Assembly (NCBI GenBank): GCA_043825875.1 | Contig: JBDRRF010000079.1 | Location: 1 to 64,000 of the forward strand | Length of the DNA stretch: 64,000 nt | Direction: 5' to 3' | From: Pseudomonadota bacterium | Lineage (GTDB): Bacteria > Desulfobacterota > Desulfobacteria > Desulfobacterales > RPRI01 | Shown: positions 11,101 through 18,921 of the stretch, piece after piece | Layout: each line of letters starts with the position of its first letter | Numbering within the stretch: position 1 is the first letter of the stretch | Notes under the pieces: model-generated | Told to the model about the DNA's origin: nothing | Database searches by the model: none | The model's input: the letters and a program-made list of their open reading frames with translations, nothing else | Position numbers and translations under genes: made by a program

Positions 11101-11571
11101 ACAGGCATTGTTCCGAATATGTCCCGTGATTTGGCGGAAGCACTCGGTGCATCGCTTGATTGTGATAATTTTTTTCAGGAAGCAGAATCAAAATGGAGGC
11201 CGGTCGATTCACTCAAAGAAGGAGTATTTGCCTGCGGTCTGGCCCATTCTCCCCGTAATATTGCCGAAACTATTGCCACAGCAGAAGCAGCTGCTCAAAG
11301 AGCACTTGTAATTTTAAGCCATAAAAATCTGGCCGGAGGAAAGATTAGTGCAAAAGTACATCACAGTATTTGCGCTTTATGCGAACAATGTATTGACGCA
11401 TGCCCATACGGTGCGCGTACCGTAGATTATGAAAACGAACAAATTATTATCAATCCATGCATATGCCAGGGCTGCGGGACATGTGTTGCGGTATGCCCTA
11501 ATTGCGCTTCCACATTAGATGGATTCGCCACGCAGCAAATATTTGCAACAATCGATGCAGTTATAAATTAA
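8104..11571 (+). CDS. hdrA: double-module HdrA-like flavoprotein with in-frame response-regulator receiver domain
   Basis: VGAGISG, QFPTDTCGMC, ferredoxin motifs, receiver (ILVVDDE..LLDIMMP..MTAY..KPF), EFERM, CSGICCMFSIK, second module VGGGIAG..CSRICCANALK, C-terminal ferredoxin. Confidence 0.9.
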   Translation: MTKKYGKALVVGAGISGLRAALDLAEYGYGVTLIDKAPNTGGILRQLDYQFPTDTCGMCKMLPLYNRDKGSQYCLRKGLFHKNIEILLSTQLTSVEGEAGQFQATVRQHSNWVDPNHCTGCGYCANVCPVVVPDEFNENIGTHKAIYLPVPHAIPNPYIIDLSLCTHCGACISACPTGAINLPQDKRKSFHILVVDDELIMRDSLKEWLIDEGFWVDMAASGTEALDKLKTQAYDLMLLDIMMPDMDGVQVLQKAKEIFDDLKVIMMTAYATVETAVEAMKIGALDYLVKPFDPDVLIPMIAKIFQDTAAVVEERQLDVGAIVLCGGTGFFNPKNEKNLFGYKAYPNVLTSLEFERMISGTGPCNGTLLRPFDNKPVKKIAWIQCVGSRDLQTNADFCSGICCMFSIKEALLAKRSSTQDIETTIFYMDLRTYGKTFQRYREQAQNIYDVNFVRAKVHSVFPDTATGDLIVRNMDISGNYKEERFDMLVLAVGQRPAQGTSEMAELLGLDLNQWGFGKTEPFSLTKTGIDGITFGGSFTGLKDISDSLIQASSAAANASRVIHSKGGELSLEDKKSPPQNALAKAIPKILTVICTCGNRLSKSADLDYISKRLKSDPLVENIEFLEQLCTRQSFDTLINIINKSNPNRLLIATCLPYVYKFKINVLCKQTGLNPDLISIVDINTDISHLLRPDSCDEIQQYNISDTKISHAVEQRLLSVIETGIAKLKWANMSETQTIPICQKALVVGGGIAGMTTALAIADHGFEVDIIEQTEKFGGNLNWLKKTLDGYSTNELLEKTLDLVQKHPKINTYTQSTVTGSSGEIGNFSTDIKDSENQVHTLQHGVTVLATGGRQADTRSYTYGANPSVITQKELEQKLSDNTIDPEKLNSVVMIQCVDSRQEPRNYCSRICCANALKHALFLKEKNPAISVYILYRDLMVYGFHETYYTQARNAGIIFIQYDTDNKPIVNDENDKTQISAFEPILKKQLQIETDLVVLATGIVPNMSRDLAEALGASLDCDNFFQEAESKWRPVDSLKEGVFACGLAHSPRNIAETIATAEAAAQRALVILSHKNLAGGKISAKVHHSICALCEQCIDACPYGARTVDYENEQIIINPCICQGCGTCVAVCPNCASTLDGFATQQIFATIDAVIN

Positions 11572-11605
11572 TACAATTATTTAATACGGAGATAATATTA
11601 ATAGT

Positions 11606-13099
11606 ATGTTAAAAGAAACCGGCGCAAATTGGTCTGAATTAAATATACATACAAGTGAATACCAGACTTTGTTTGAGCTGGTTCCCTGTCTTATAACATT
11701 ACAGGACAAAGAGTTCAGGCTTATTCGCTACAATCATTTGTTTGAGGATCATTTCCATCCCGAACCAGGTGATTACTGCTACCAGGCCTATAAGAAAAGA
11801 GATTCAAGGTGCGAGAAATGTCTGGTGGCTATGACTTTCGATGATGGAAAATCGCATTATGGAGAAGAATCCAGTCTTAACAATGACGGTACATTTACAT
11901 ATTGGATAGCGCATACATCTCCAGTAAAAAACGAAAAAAATGAAATTATCGCTGTTATGGAAGTTTGTCTTGATATAACGCATAGAAAAGAACTTGAAGA
12001 AAACCTGATAAAATCTGAAAAAAAATATTATTCAATATTCAATAATATTCCCAATCCTCTTTTTGTTCTTGATATAAATTCGCTTAACATCCTTGATTGT
12101 AATGAAAGAGTCACATCGGTTTACAGATTTTTGAAAGAAGAAATAATTAATACATCCTTCATGGATCTGTTTATAAAAAAAGAAAAAGTTGATTATACTT
12201 TTAAGATGAAAGCCTATTCAAAATTAAACCGGGTAAAACAATTAACAAAAAGCGGAGAAACTATCATAGTTAATATAGGAATTACTCCATCTGAATATCC
12301 GGGACAGAAAGTTTTACTTGTAGTAACAGATGATATAACAAAACGTCTCGAGGTGGAGCAACAAATAATACAGGCAGGTAAAATGGCAACTCTTGGAGAA
12401 ATGGCAACAGGAATAGCACATGAACTCAACCAACCTCTATCTGTTATTAAAACGGTCAGTAGTTTTTTTATCCGGAAAATAAATGACAATGAGTTGATAG
12501 ATCAAACCACTCTTAACAATATGCTGGTAAAAGTCGACAATAATGTTGATCGGGCATCCCGGATTATTAACCATTTGAGAAATTTCGCCAGAAAATCAGA
12601 AATAGATTTTGAAAAGGTGCAGGTTAATGAAGAACTTGAAAGAGCGTTTTCAATTTTTGCCCAACATCTCAGGGTAAGAGGTATTGAAGTCTTATGGGAT
12701 ATTGACAAGAACTTGCCAATGATTATGGCTGACCCTCAAAGACTCGAACAGGTTTTTATAAACCTATTAATCAACGCAAGGGATGCTATTGAAGAAAAAT
12801 ACAGGAATATGCATTCTGCCGAAGCTGAAAAGACAATCCGTTTAAACACATATATGGATAATAAGAATGTTGTCATTGAAGTATCTGATACCGGAACAGG
12901 AATTCCTGAGGCTATATCCGATAAAATATTTGAACCTTTTTTTACTACAAAGGAAGCCGGAAAGGGCACCGGCCTGGGTTTATCCATCAGTTACGGGATA
13001 ATCAAGGATTTTGGAGGAACAATATGTTCCAGATCCGAAGAGGGTCAGGGAGCATGTTTTATAATTACTCTTCCTGTACAGGATAATAAAAATGGATAA
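11606..13099 (+). CDS. cytoplasmic PAS-PAS sensor histidine kinase
   Basis: [10 protein letters not shown]-box, [25 protein letters not shown]; no transmembrane helices. Confidence 0.95.
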   Translation: MLKETGANWSELNIHTSEYQTLFELVPCLITLQDKEFRLIRYNHLFEDHFHPEPGDYCYQAYKKRDSRCEKCLVAMTFDDGKSHYGEESSLNNDGTFTYWIAHTSPVKNEKNEIIAVMEVCLDITHRKELEENLIKSEKKYYSIFNNIPNPLFVLDINSLNILDCNERVTSVYRFLKEEIINTSFMDLFIKKEKVDYTFKMKAYSKLNRVKQLTKSGETIIVNIGITPSEYPGQKVLLVVTDDITKRLEVEQQIIQAGKMATLGEMATGIAHELNQPLSVIKTVSSFFIRKINDNELIDQTTLNNMLVKVDNNVDRASRIINHLRNFARKSEIDFEKVQVNEELERAFSIFAQHLRVRGIEVLWDIDKNLPMIMADPQRLEQVFINLLINARDAIEEKYRNMHSAEAEKTIRLNTYMDNKNVVIEVSDTGTGIPEAISDKIFEPFFTTKEAGKGTGLGLSISYGIIKDFGGTICSRSEEGQGACFIITLPVQDNKNG

Positions 13100-14216
13100 T
13101 CAAATACTGCTGGTTGATGACGAAGAAGATATTCGCGATGTTTTAGGCGTTTATCTGAAAGACAAGGGCTACAGTACACTTCTTGCAGAAAACGGCAATG
13201 AGGCTTTAAATATTTTCAATGAACATGCTCCGCCTATAGTTATTTCAGATATCAAAATGCCTGGTATAGACGGAATTGAACTTCTTAAAAAAATCAAGCA
13301 GGATAAGCCTGACACTGAAATTATAATGATAACCGGCCATGGTGATATGGAACTTGCCATTGCAAGTTTACAAGATCATGCGGCGGATTTTATAACAAAG
13401 CCTATAAACGTAAATATTTTGGATGTGGCTCTTAAGAAAGTAGAAGAAAAAATTATAGCACGAAGGCAGTTAAGAGAATATACCGAAAATCTGGAAAAAT
13501 TGGTTAAGGAAAAATCCGAACTGCAAAGTCATTTGTCTTCTTTAGGACTTATGTTAGGTTCCGTTTCTCATGGCATCAAAGGTCTGCTTACTTGTCTGGA
13601 TGCCGGTATGTACCAGGTAGAATCCGGGTTTTCGAAAGAAAATTCAGCCGAAATTGAAGAAGGCTGGAAAATAGTCAAACTCATGGTTGACCGTATACGA
13701 AGAATGGTTTTAGATATTCTGTATTATGCGAAAGAAAGAGATCTGAACTGGGAAAAAGTGGATGCGTTAAGTTTTTCCGCAGAAGTTGCAGATATTATGG
13801 AGAGAAAGATTACATCTGACGATATTGAATTCATACGTGATTTTGATGATACCCTGGGAAACTTTGAAATCGATACAGGTTGCATAAATTCCGCATTGAT
13901 CAATATTTTCGAAAACGCAGTTGATGCATGCATCAAAGACAAGTCAAATGAAAAACACAAAATCATATATAAGGTATCACAGGATAAGAATAATATCTAT
14001 TTTGAAGTAAGCGATGATGGAACAGGAATGGATGAAGATACACGCAGCAAGCTGTTTACCCTGTTTTTTTCATCCAAAGGCAGCAAGGGAACCGGGCTGG
14101 GTCTTTTTATTTCAAATAAAATAATAGAGCAGCACGGAGGTTCAATCAAGGTGTTTTCAGTGCCGGGACAAGGTTCAAAATTTACTATAAATATCCCGAA
14201 AATAACGGCTTCATAA
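13092..14216 (+). CDS. hybrid receiver plus histidine kinase
   Basis: LLVDDE, SDIKMP, ITKP; SHGIKG H-box, NAVDA, DDGTG, GTGLGL. Confidence 0.9.
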   Translation: MDNQILLVDDEEDIRDVLGVYLKDKGYSTLLAENGNEALNIFNEHAPPIVISDIKMPGIDGIELLKKIKQDKPDTEIIMITGHGDMELAIASLQDHAADFITKPINVNILDVALKKVEEKIIARRQLREYTENLEKLVKEKSELQSHLSSLGLMLGSVSHGIKGLLTCLDAGMYQVESGFSKENSAEIEEGWKIVKLMVDRIRRMVLDILYYAKERDLNWEKVDALSFSAEVADIMERKITSDDIEFIRDFDDTLGNFEIDTGCINSALINIFENAVDACIKDKSNEKHKIIYKVSQDKNNIYFEVSDDGTGMDEDTRSKLFTLFFSSKGSKGTGLGLFISNKIIEQHGGSIKVFSVPGQGSKFTINIPKITAS

Positions 14217-14235
14217 AATACTATCCCTCAAAGGT

Positions 14236-14679
14236 TCAGTAATACTGCTTATATGCTTTCTTCCATGGGTCACGGCGAAGTTCTTTAACATTGGCAAGGG
14301 CCAGATACAGCGCTCCTACAGCCAATTCCGCACAATGGAAATGATCTTCAGGCAGGGTTTCTAAATATTGAGCCACATCTTCAGGTATAACATCCCATGC
14401 CTTATCAAGCGTTTTACCTTCTATCATATCAATAATCGTATTAGCGCATGCAACAGTATTAAGGCAGCCGTTAACGTTATAGGAGGCAGTTTCGATAATA
14501 TCACCACGGGTTTTTAAATACAATTCAACGGTATCTCCGCAATCGCCCTCTTTTTTTCCATATCCATCAGGATTTTTTATTATTTCATTTTTATCGATTC
14601 TAAAAGCCATTTCAAGGTATTTAATAGAATGGTTTTGCCAAAAGTTCGATATTTCCGACTTATCTTTTTTTATTTCCAT
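14236..14679 (-). CDS. NifU/IscU-like Fe-S scaffold domain protein
   Basis: GDCGDTV, VNGC..TVAC, HCAELA. Confidence 0.85.
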   Translation of the reverse strand: MEIKKDKSEISNFWQNHSIKYLEMAFRIDKNEIIKNPDGYGKKEGDCGDTVELYLKTRGDIIETASYNVNGCLNTVACANTIIDMIEGKTLDKAWDVIPEDVAQYLETLPEDHFHCAELAVGALYLALANVKELRRDPWKKAYKQYY

Positions 14680-14735
14680 GACAATATTTCATAAAACTTT
14701 TATTATAAATCAAAGTACTAATAATACTCTTCAAT

Positions 14736-14984
14736 TCAGCGCTTACCGCAACAACTTCCCGGTCCCGCACACTGAGCCTGGTTGGGTGAAGTGCCACAGC
14801 AAGCCGTATCATTGGCACCGGGCAATTTCCCAGCCTGCTGGCCCATATAGGACGATGGCTTGGATAGTTGTTTCTCCATATTTTTGCTGCCACAATGTTT
14901 ACATAGGGGCATATCTTTATCAGCAACAATCAGGATTTCAGATGTTTTACCACAATCTAAACAAAGATAATCAAATAATGGCAT
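14736..14984 (-). CDS. FmdB-family zinc-ribbon protein
   Basis: MPLFDYLCLDCG..CKHCGS; Cys-rich tail. Confidence 0.85.
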   Translation of the reverse strand: MPLFDYLCLDCGKTSEILIVADKDMPLCKHCGSKNMEKQLSKPSSYMGQQAGKLPGANDTACCGTSPNQAQCAGPGSCCGKR

Positions 14985-15001
14985 ATTATAACTCCTTTAA
15001 C

Positions 15002-15148
15002 TAGTGTCCGTCCATAAACGGCATCTTGCGACACATATCTGCGTTCTCGCGTTTTTGAAATACTCGACGTAAGCCCATTACGCCTGCGTTTCCAAAAACG
15101 CTGCGGCCTTGATCTGAGCCGCAATCTACCATTTCTGGACGGACACTA
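15002..15148 (-). repeat. MITE-like structured repeat A
   Basis: 13-bp perfect terminal inverted repeat TAGTGTCCGTCCA; conserved core CAAGGC..CGCAGGCGTA..TACGTCGAG..AACGCAG on the minus strand. Confidence 0.8.
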
Positions 15149-15163
15149 ACTATATTTATTTTG

Positions 15164-15287
15164 ATACCATGTTGCATTCAAAAAGGTAGCAAGGCGGCAA
15201 GTAGGTTTTTCCGCAGGCGTATATGTAATACGCCGAGGATAGAACCTACGCAGCCAACGCAGCTAGAATTTGAATGCGGCTTGGTAT
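15164..15287 (+). repeat. MITE-like structured repeat B
   Basis: ATACCATGTTGCATTCAAA/TTTGAATGCGGCTTGGTAT termini; same internal core as A. Confidence 0.8.
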
Positions 15288-16114
15288 CAAAATGAATATT
15301 TCGCACCTGCATAGCCGGGCTTAACATGATCCTCAAAAGCTGTTTTCAATTCCTTCATTGCATCATCACCTGTGCAGTGACACGGGTGCAAATCTATCGG
15401 TAAAAACGATTGTAATGCGGAAATAGTCATATCAATCCGTTTTTTGTCCGCATGAAGCAGATGAAAACCCCCGATAACTGATAATATCTTCTGTCCCTTA
15501 TTCAAACGCGAAATATGGTTTAAAATATTTATCAATCCGGAATGGCAGCAACCCACAAATACTACAAGACCCTTTTTTGTTTTAATCCATAAAGCAAGAT
15601 CATCATCAATTAAATCTTCATATAATCCCTGCGGATCAAGGTAAAACGCCCCACCGGTATCCTCATAGCTTGTTGCCCTTGGTATTGGACATACTATGCC
15701 GATGTTTTCATTAATCAATAAAGTTTGGGAAATCCAGTTTATATTTTGTGGCGGTAAATTTAAAACGGCCTTCATAGAGTCCGGCTGGATATTAATCTGT
15801 CTTGCTTTGCCATCTCTTATAACATAACGGTTTTTCATAACTGCCGGATTACAATAAACGGCAACATTTTGCGAATTTTCCAGCACCCGGCAAACCCCGC
15901 CGGTATGATCAAAATGGCCATGGCTTAATACCAGAATATCGGTAAGACCCAAATCTACCCCCAGTGTATCCGCATTAGATGCAAGTGCGCCTCCCATTCC
16001 GGTATCAAACAAAATCCGTTCTTTTCCGGTTTCTATCCATAATGAAAGGCCGTGTTCCGCCAATAGCCCTTCAGCAGCCCGGTTATCCACTAAGATTGTA
16101 ACTTTAATTTTCAT
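15287..16114 (-). CDS. MBL-fold metallo-hydrolase
   Basis: EHGLS, FDTG, SHGHFDHTGG, GCCHSG, GGFHL, PCHCTG. Confidence 0.9.
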   Translation of the reverse strand: MKIKVTILVDNRAAEGLLAEHGLSLWIETGKERILFDTGMGGALASNADTLGVDLGLTDILVLSHGHFDHTGGVCRVLENSQNVAVYCNPAVMKNRYVIRDGKARQINIQPDSMKAVLNLPPQNINWISQTLLINENIGIVCPIPRATSYEDTGGAFYLDPQGLYEDLIDDDLALWIKTKKGLVVFVGCCHSGLINILNHISRLNKGQKILSVIGGFHLLHADKKRIDMTISALQSFLPIDLHPCHCTGDDAMKELKTAFEDHVKPGYAGAKYSF

Positions 16115-16156
16115 ATGAGTTAATTTGATATTTTAAATGAATAAATATTCGGTAAA

Positions 16157-16621
16157 TCATGATTCAATTATATGTTCACAATAACTATCCCCTGCCGGAA
16201 TGGATTTCCCGATGCTGTATTTTAATTTCGGATTCAATACTTCCACAACTGTTTTTTCCATAGTGGTATGGGCTAAGCACATTTTGGGGTCTTTGAAATT
16301 AAGAGGGCAATGATCGGCTCTGATTACTGCTTTTGTTTTGCTAAGTTCCACAAGACCGGTATCATTTTTGCCCCATGCCACTGTTTCAAAAATTCTTAAA
16401 ATAAAACCTGCAATAGATTCAAGGTCACGGTTTTCCAGTTTCTTTTTTGCCCTCTCGGCAATATTCAAACCGTATTCACGGCTCATTTCGGATATGATTA
16501 TTAATCCTTCATCACCAAATTTATTGTAAATAAAATCATAATTACTTCTCAATCTTGAATACAGGCCACTTACCGCACTTCTATAGATCTGTTCAAGAGA
16601 GCGTTCACTGTTAACATTCAT
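16157..16621 (-). CDS. hypothetical protein, ATC-hydrolase/V4R-like small domain
   Basis: DHCP..MC..SIPAGDSYCEH Cys pattern. Confidence 0.6.
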   Translation of the reverse strand: MNVNSERSLEQIYRSAVSGLYSRLRSNYDFIYNKFGDEGLIIISEMSREYGLNIAERAKKKLENRDLESIAGFILRIFETVAWGKNDTGLVELSKTKAVIRADHCPLNFKDPKMCLAHTTMEKTVVEVLNPKLKYSIGKSIPAGDSYCEHIIES

Positions 16622-16636
16622 ATTTTTTCATCTTTC

Positions 16637-16799
16637 GAGCCACTTTCAAAACGTTTCAGTTTGGTCAAGGTCAAGGCGGGTGAAAATTTTAACCGCAGGA
16701 ATACATGGAGTATTTCGAGGATAGCGCAATGCTTCACTACGTGCAAAATTTTCATCCAACGCTGAGATCGGCCGAAATGGGGCGTTTTGAAACTGGCTC
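16637..16799 (+). repeat. MITE-like structured repeat C, with ~22-nt insertion at 16723-16744
   Basis: GAGCCACTTTCAAAACG/CGTTTTGAAACTGGCTC termini; near-identical to the 21289 copy. Confidence 0.9.
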
Positions 16800-17537
16800 T
16801 TTCATCATTGTAAAAAGCTTTATTGATCCTGTTCTTTTTAACTGCCTGAAATTAGTACCCTCGCTTATATGTTTTAATGCAGTACTTACATCCGTAACTC
16901 TACTACCGGATATAATATCAAACCCGAAATCAAATATCACTTCGGTCATCGGAGTAGTCGGTCCCAAAAGCATTTTTAAACTGTTTTGCGGGCATAATTT
17001 TAATAGCTCCTGTAAAGTATGGTTTACCAATGTTGTGCTGGATATGGCTATAATATCTGATTGTGGAAGATATTTTTCGGCACTATCTTCAGGATAATCA
17101 CCTTCTATAGCTCTTTTTTCAATAACCCACAGATTCTTCGCCGTTTTTCTTAATGCATCGGTAAAAGGGAAATGCCCTATAACGGAAATATTTTTGTCTT
17201 GCCCATATTTTAACAATAACTCACCGGCATTGACATCAACAGTTTTTGATTCGTCAATTTCATTTAATGAATTTATTGCAGCAAGTCCTAATGAAGCTTT
17301 CGATATATCATATGAAAAACAATATTGCGCAAGTTCCATTGCAGTCATATCTGTAAGTGACACAGGAGTAATTTCTTCTCTTGCCTCGTGAGCACAGTGC
17401 TCGCCTATCATTGTTGATGAAAGCCCGCAATACCTGCTTACTACAGCAGTCCAGTGCAAACCTATCCTTACTTCCTGTATTTTCTCATCACCATCCAGAC
17501 TGTCCATAATGGCTCTTAAAATATACTGTCCATTCAT
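16752..17537 (-). CDS. DUF4213/DUF364 (putative heavy-metal chelation, Rossmann-like) protein
   Basis: GLHWTAV, ASLGLAAINS, VIGHFPF, TTLVNHT, LGPTTP; start moved to MNGQY because the longer ORF begins inside REP repeats. Confidence 0.8.
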   Translation of the reverse strand: MNGQYILRAIMDSLDGDEKIQEVRIGLHWTAVVSRYCGLSSTMIGEHCAHEAREEITPVSLTDMTAMELAQYCFSYDISKASLGLAAINSLNEIDESKTVDVNAGELLLKYGQDKNISVIGHFPFTDALRKTAKNLWVIEKRAIEGDYPEDSAEKYLPQSDIIAISSTTLVNHTLQELLKLCPQNSLKMLLGPTTPMTEVIFDFGFDIISGSRVTDVSTALKHISEGTNFRQLKRTGSIKLFTMMKEPVSKRPISADLSVG

Positions 17538-17600
17538 GTTTTGAATTCTGCTGTCTTTTAGCGTAGTTTCATCCAAATTATTTAATTCCCCTTGCATCCC

Positions 17601-17823
17601 GTAGAGACGCAAAATCTTGCGTCTCCACAATTTCGCGTCTCCACAATATCGCATCTCCACAATCCATTTATGTCTTGAAGGCTGCTATCTTTTACCGTAA
17701 TTTCATCCGAATGATTTAATTTCTCTTGTATCCTGTAGAAACGCAAAATCTTGCGTCTCTACGACCTTGCGTCTCTACATTTTGCATCTCCAAAATCTTG
17801 CGTCTCTATAATATCGTGTCCAT
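17601..17823. repeat. GTAG-type REP palindromes with tandem half-copies
   Basis: GTAGAGACGCAAAATCTTGCGTCTCCAC at 17601 and a variant at 17735, each followed by ~16-nt half repeats. Confidence 0.85.
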
Positions 17824-17878
17824 AAAATTCTGCATCTTAACGAACATGCGTATACACAAATATGGGGTAGGCTCCTGT

Positions 17879-18679
17879 TCACGAAGGTTCATGATAATAA
17901 TGCATGATCGCTTCCAAAACACTTCCGCCTATGGCACGAGCCTTTTCAGTAATAGTATAACAATATTCTTTATCGCTTCTCGGATCGATGTCTCCTATCT
18001 TTTCGTTTTCCGTTACATCGATTTCGCGTATAAGCCCGCGAAGTATTCCATCAATAGCTGCCGGCACCGGAGTTTTGTCCACATAAAGTATAATATCGCC
18101 TTTTTTAATTTCATCTCCAAGTTGTTTTACATGGCTTACCATGCCTTTATGGGGTGCTCGCAATACCCGTTCTTTGGTGTAGCCTTTTGTCGGACCGGGA
18201 ATACCTGTATGCGGTTCAGCCGAACCATTATAAATGAGCCTGCCAAGATTATGACCTCTGTTGCTTTCAATGATTACATGGGCGTTCTGGGATGCAGTAA
18301 AGCCGGGCCCCACACCAATAACCAGAGGTGCTTCATCAATTTTAGTTTTTGTAGTTCGCTTCGCCATTATTGCATCAACTACTACATCAGGCTTGATTTC
18401 ACTAATAATAGTCCATGATGGATCTATAATTACTGCAATATGTTTTCTACCCCATACTTTATTAACTTCATCAAAATTTACTATATATTCAGCCTTTACA
18501 CCTTCAACTTCTTTTTTGTTATCATACACAGCCTCTGAAAAAGCCACCATTCTTCTTACAGTAACCGGTTTTGGAATCTCCGTCATAACAATTTTTTTTA
18601 GATTTGACATATATAGTCTGCAAGCAATTCCAGTGGCCATCTCCCCTGCACCCTTTATCAATATTTTAAGATCTTGCAC
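17879..18679 (-). CDS. yqeB: selenium-dependent molybdenum hydroxylase accessory protein (YqeB/EF2563 family)
   Basis: IKGAGEMATG, VRRMVAFSEA, VDAIMAK, GPGF, RGHNLGR, KIGDIDPR, KARAIGGSVLEA; GTG start. Confidence 0.9.
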   Translation of the reverse strand: MQDLKILIKGAGEMATGIACRLYMSNLKKIVMTEIPKPVTVRRMVAFSEAVYDNKKEVEGVKAEYIVNFDEVNKVWGRKHIAVIIDPSWTIISEIKPDVVVDAIMAKRTTKTKIDEAPLVIGVGPGFTASQNAHVIIESNRGHNLGRLIYNGSAEPHTGIPGPTKGYTKERVLRAPHKGMVSHVKQLGDEIKKGDIILYVDKTPVPAAIDGILRGLIREIDVTENEKIGDIDPRSDKEYCYTITEKARAIGGSVLEAIMHYYHEPS

Positions 18680-18818
18680 CTATCCAAGCCCCCTTAAATC
18701 GTTTGATAAATATTCAGCATTTATTATGCCACATTCATTAAATGTCAATAATTTGTTGATATATAATCGATTTATATAGATATGTTTGTTTTAATGTGAA
18801 AAGCAGATATAAATGATA

Positions 18819-18876
18819 AGCGCATATATTTGCATATATGCGCTGTTTGTTATACACGGAATTGCATTGATGCAAT
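18819..18876. promoter_or_regulatory. paired palindromes (operator or terminator) between tex and yqeB
   Basis: AGCGCATATAT-ttgc-ATATATGCGCT and ATTGCAT-tg-ATGCAAT. Confidence 0.4.
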
Positions 18877-18921
18877 GTATTAATATCAAAGAATTTCTTG
18901 CTGTAATATTTTATCAGGTTC

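Noticed and set aside
17538..17660. N-terminal extension of the DUF364 ORF
   Set aside because: Begins in REP repeats; the domain starts near MNGQY
17601..17823. CRISPR-like short repeats
   Set aside because: No unique spacers; these are GTAG REP palindromes with tandem half-copies
17726..18779. Long plus-strand ORFs (230 aa and 172 aa)
   Set aside because: Antisense shadows of yqeB with no recognisable motifs
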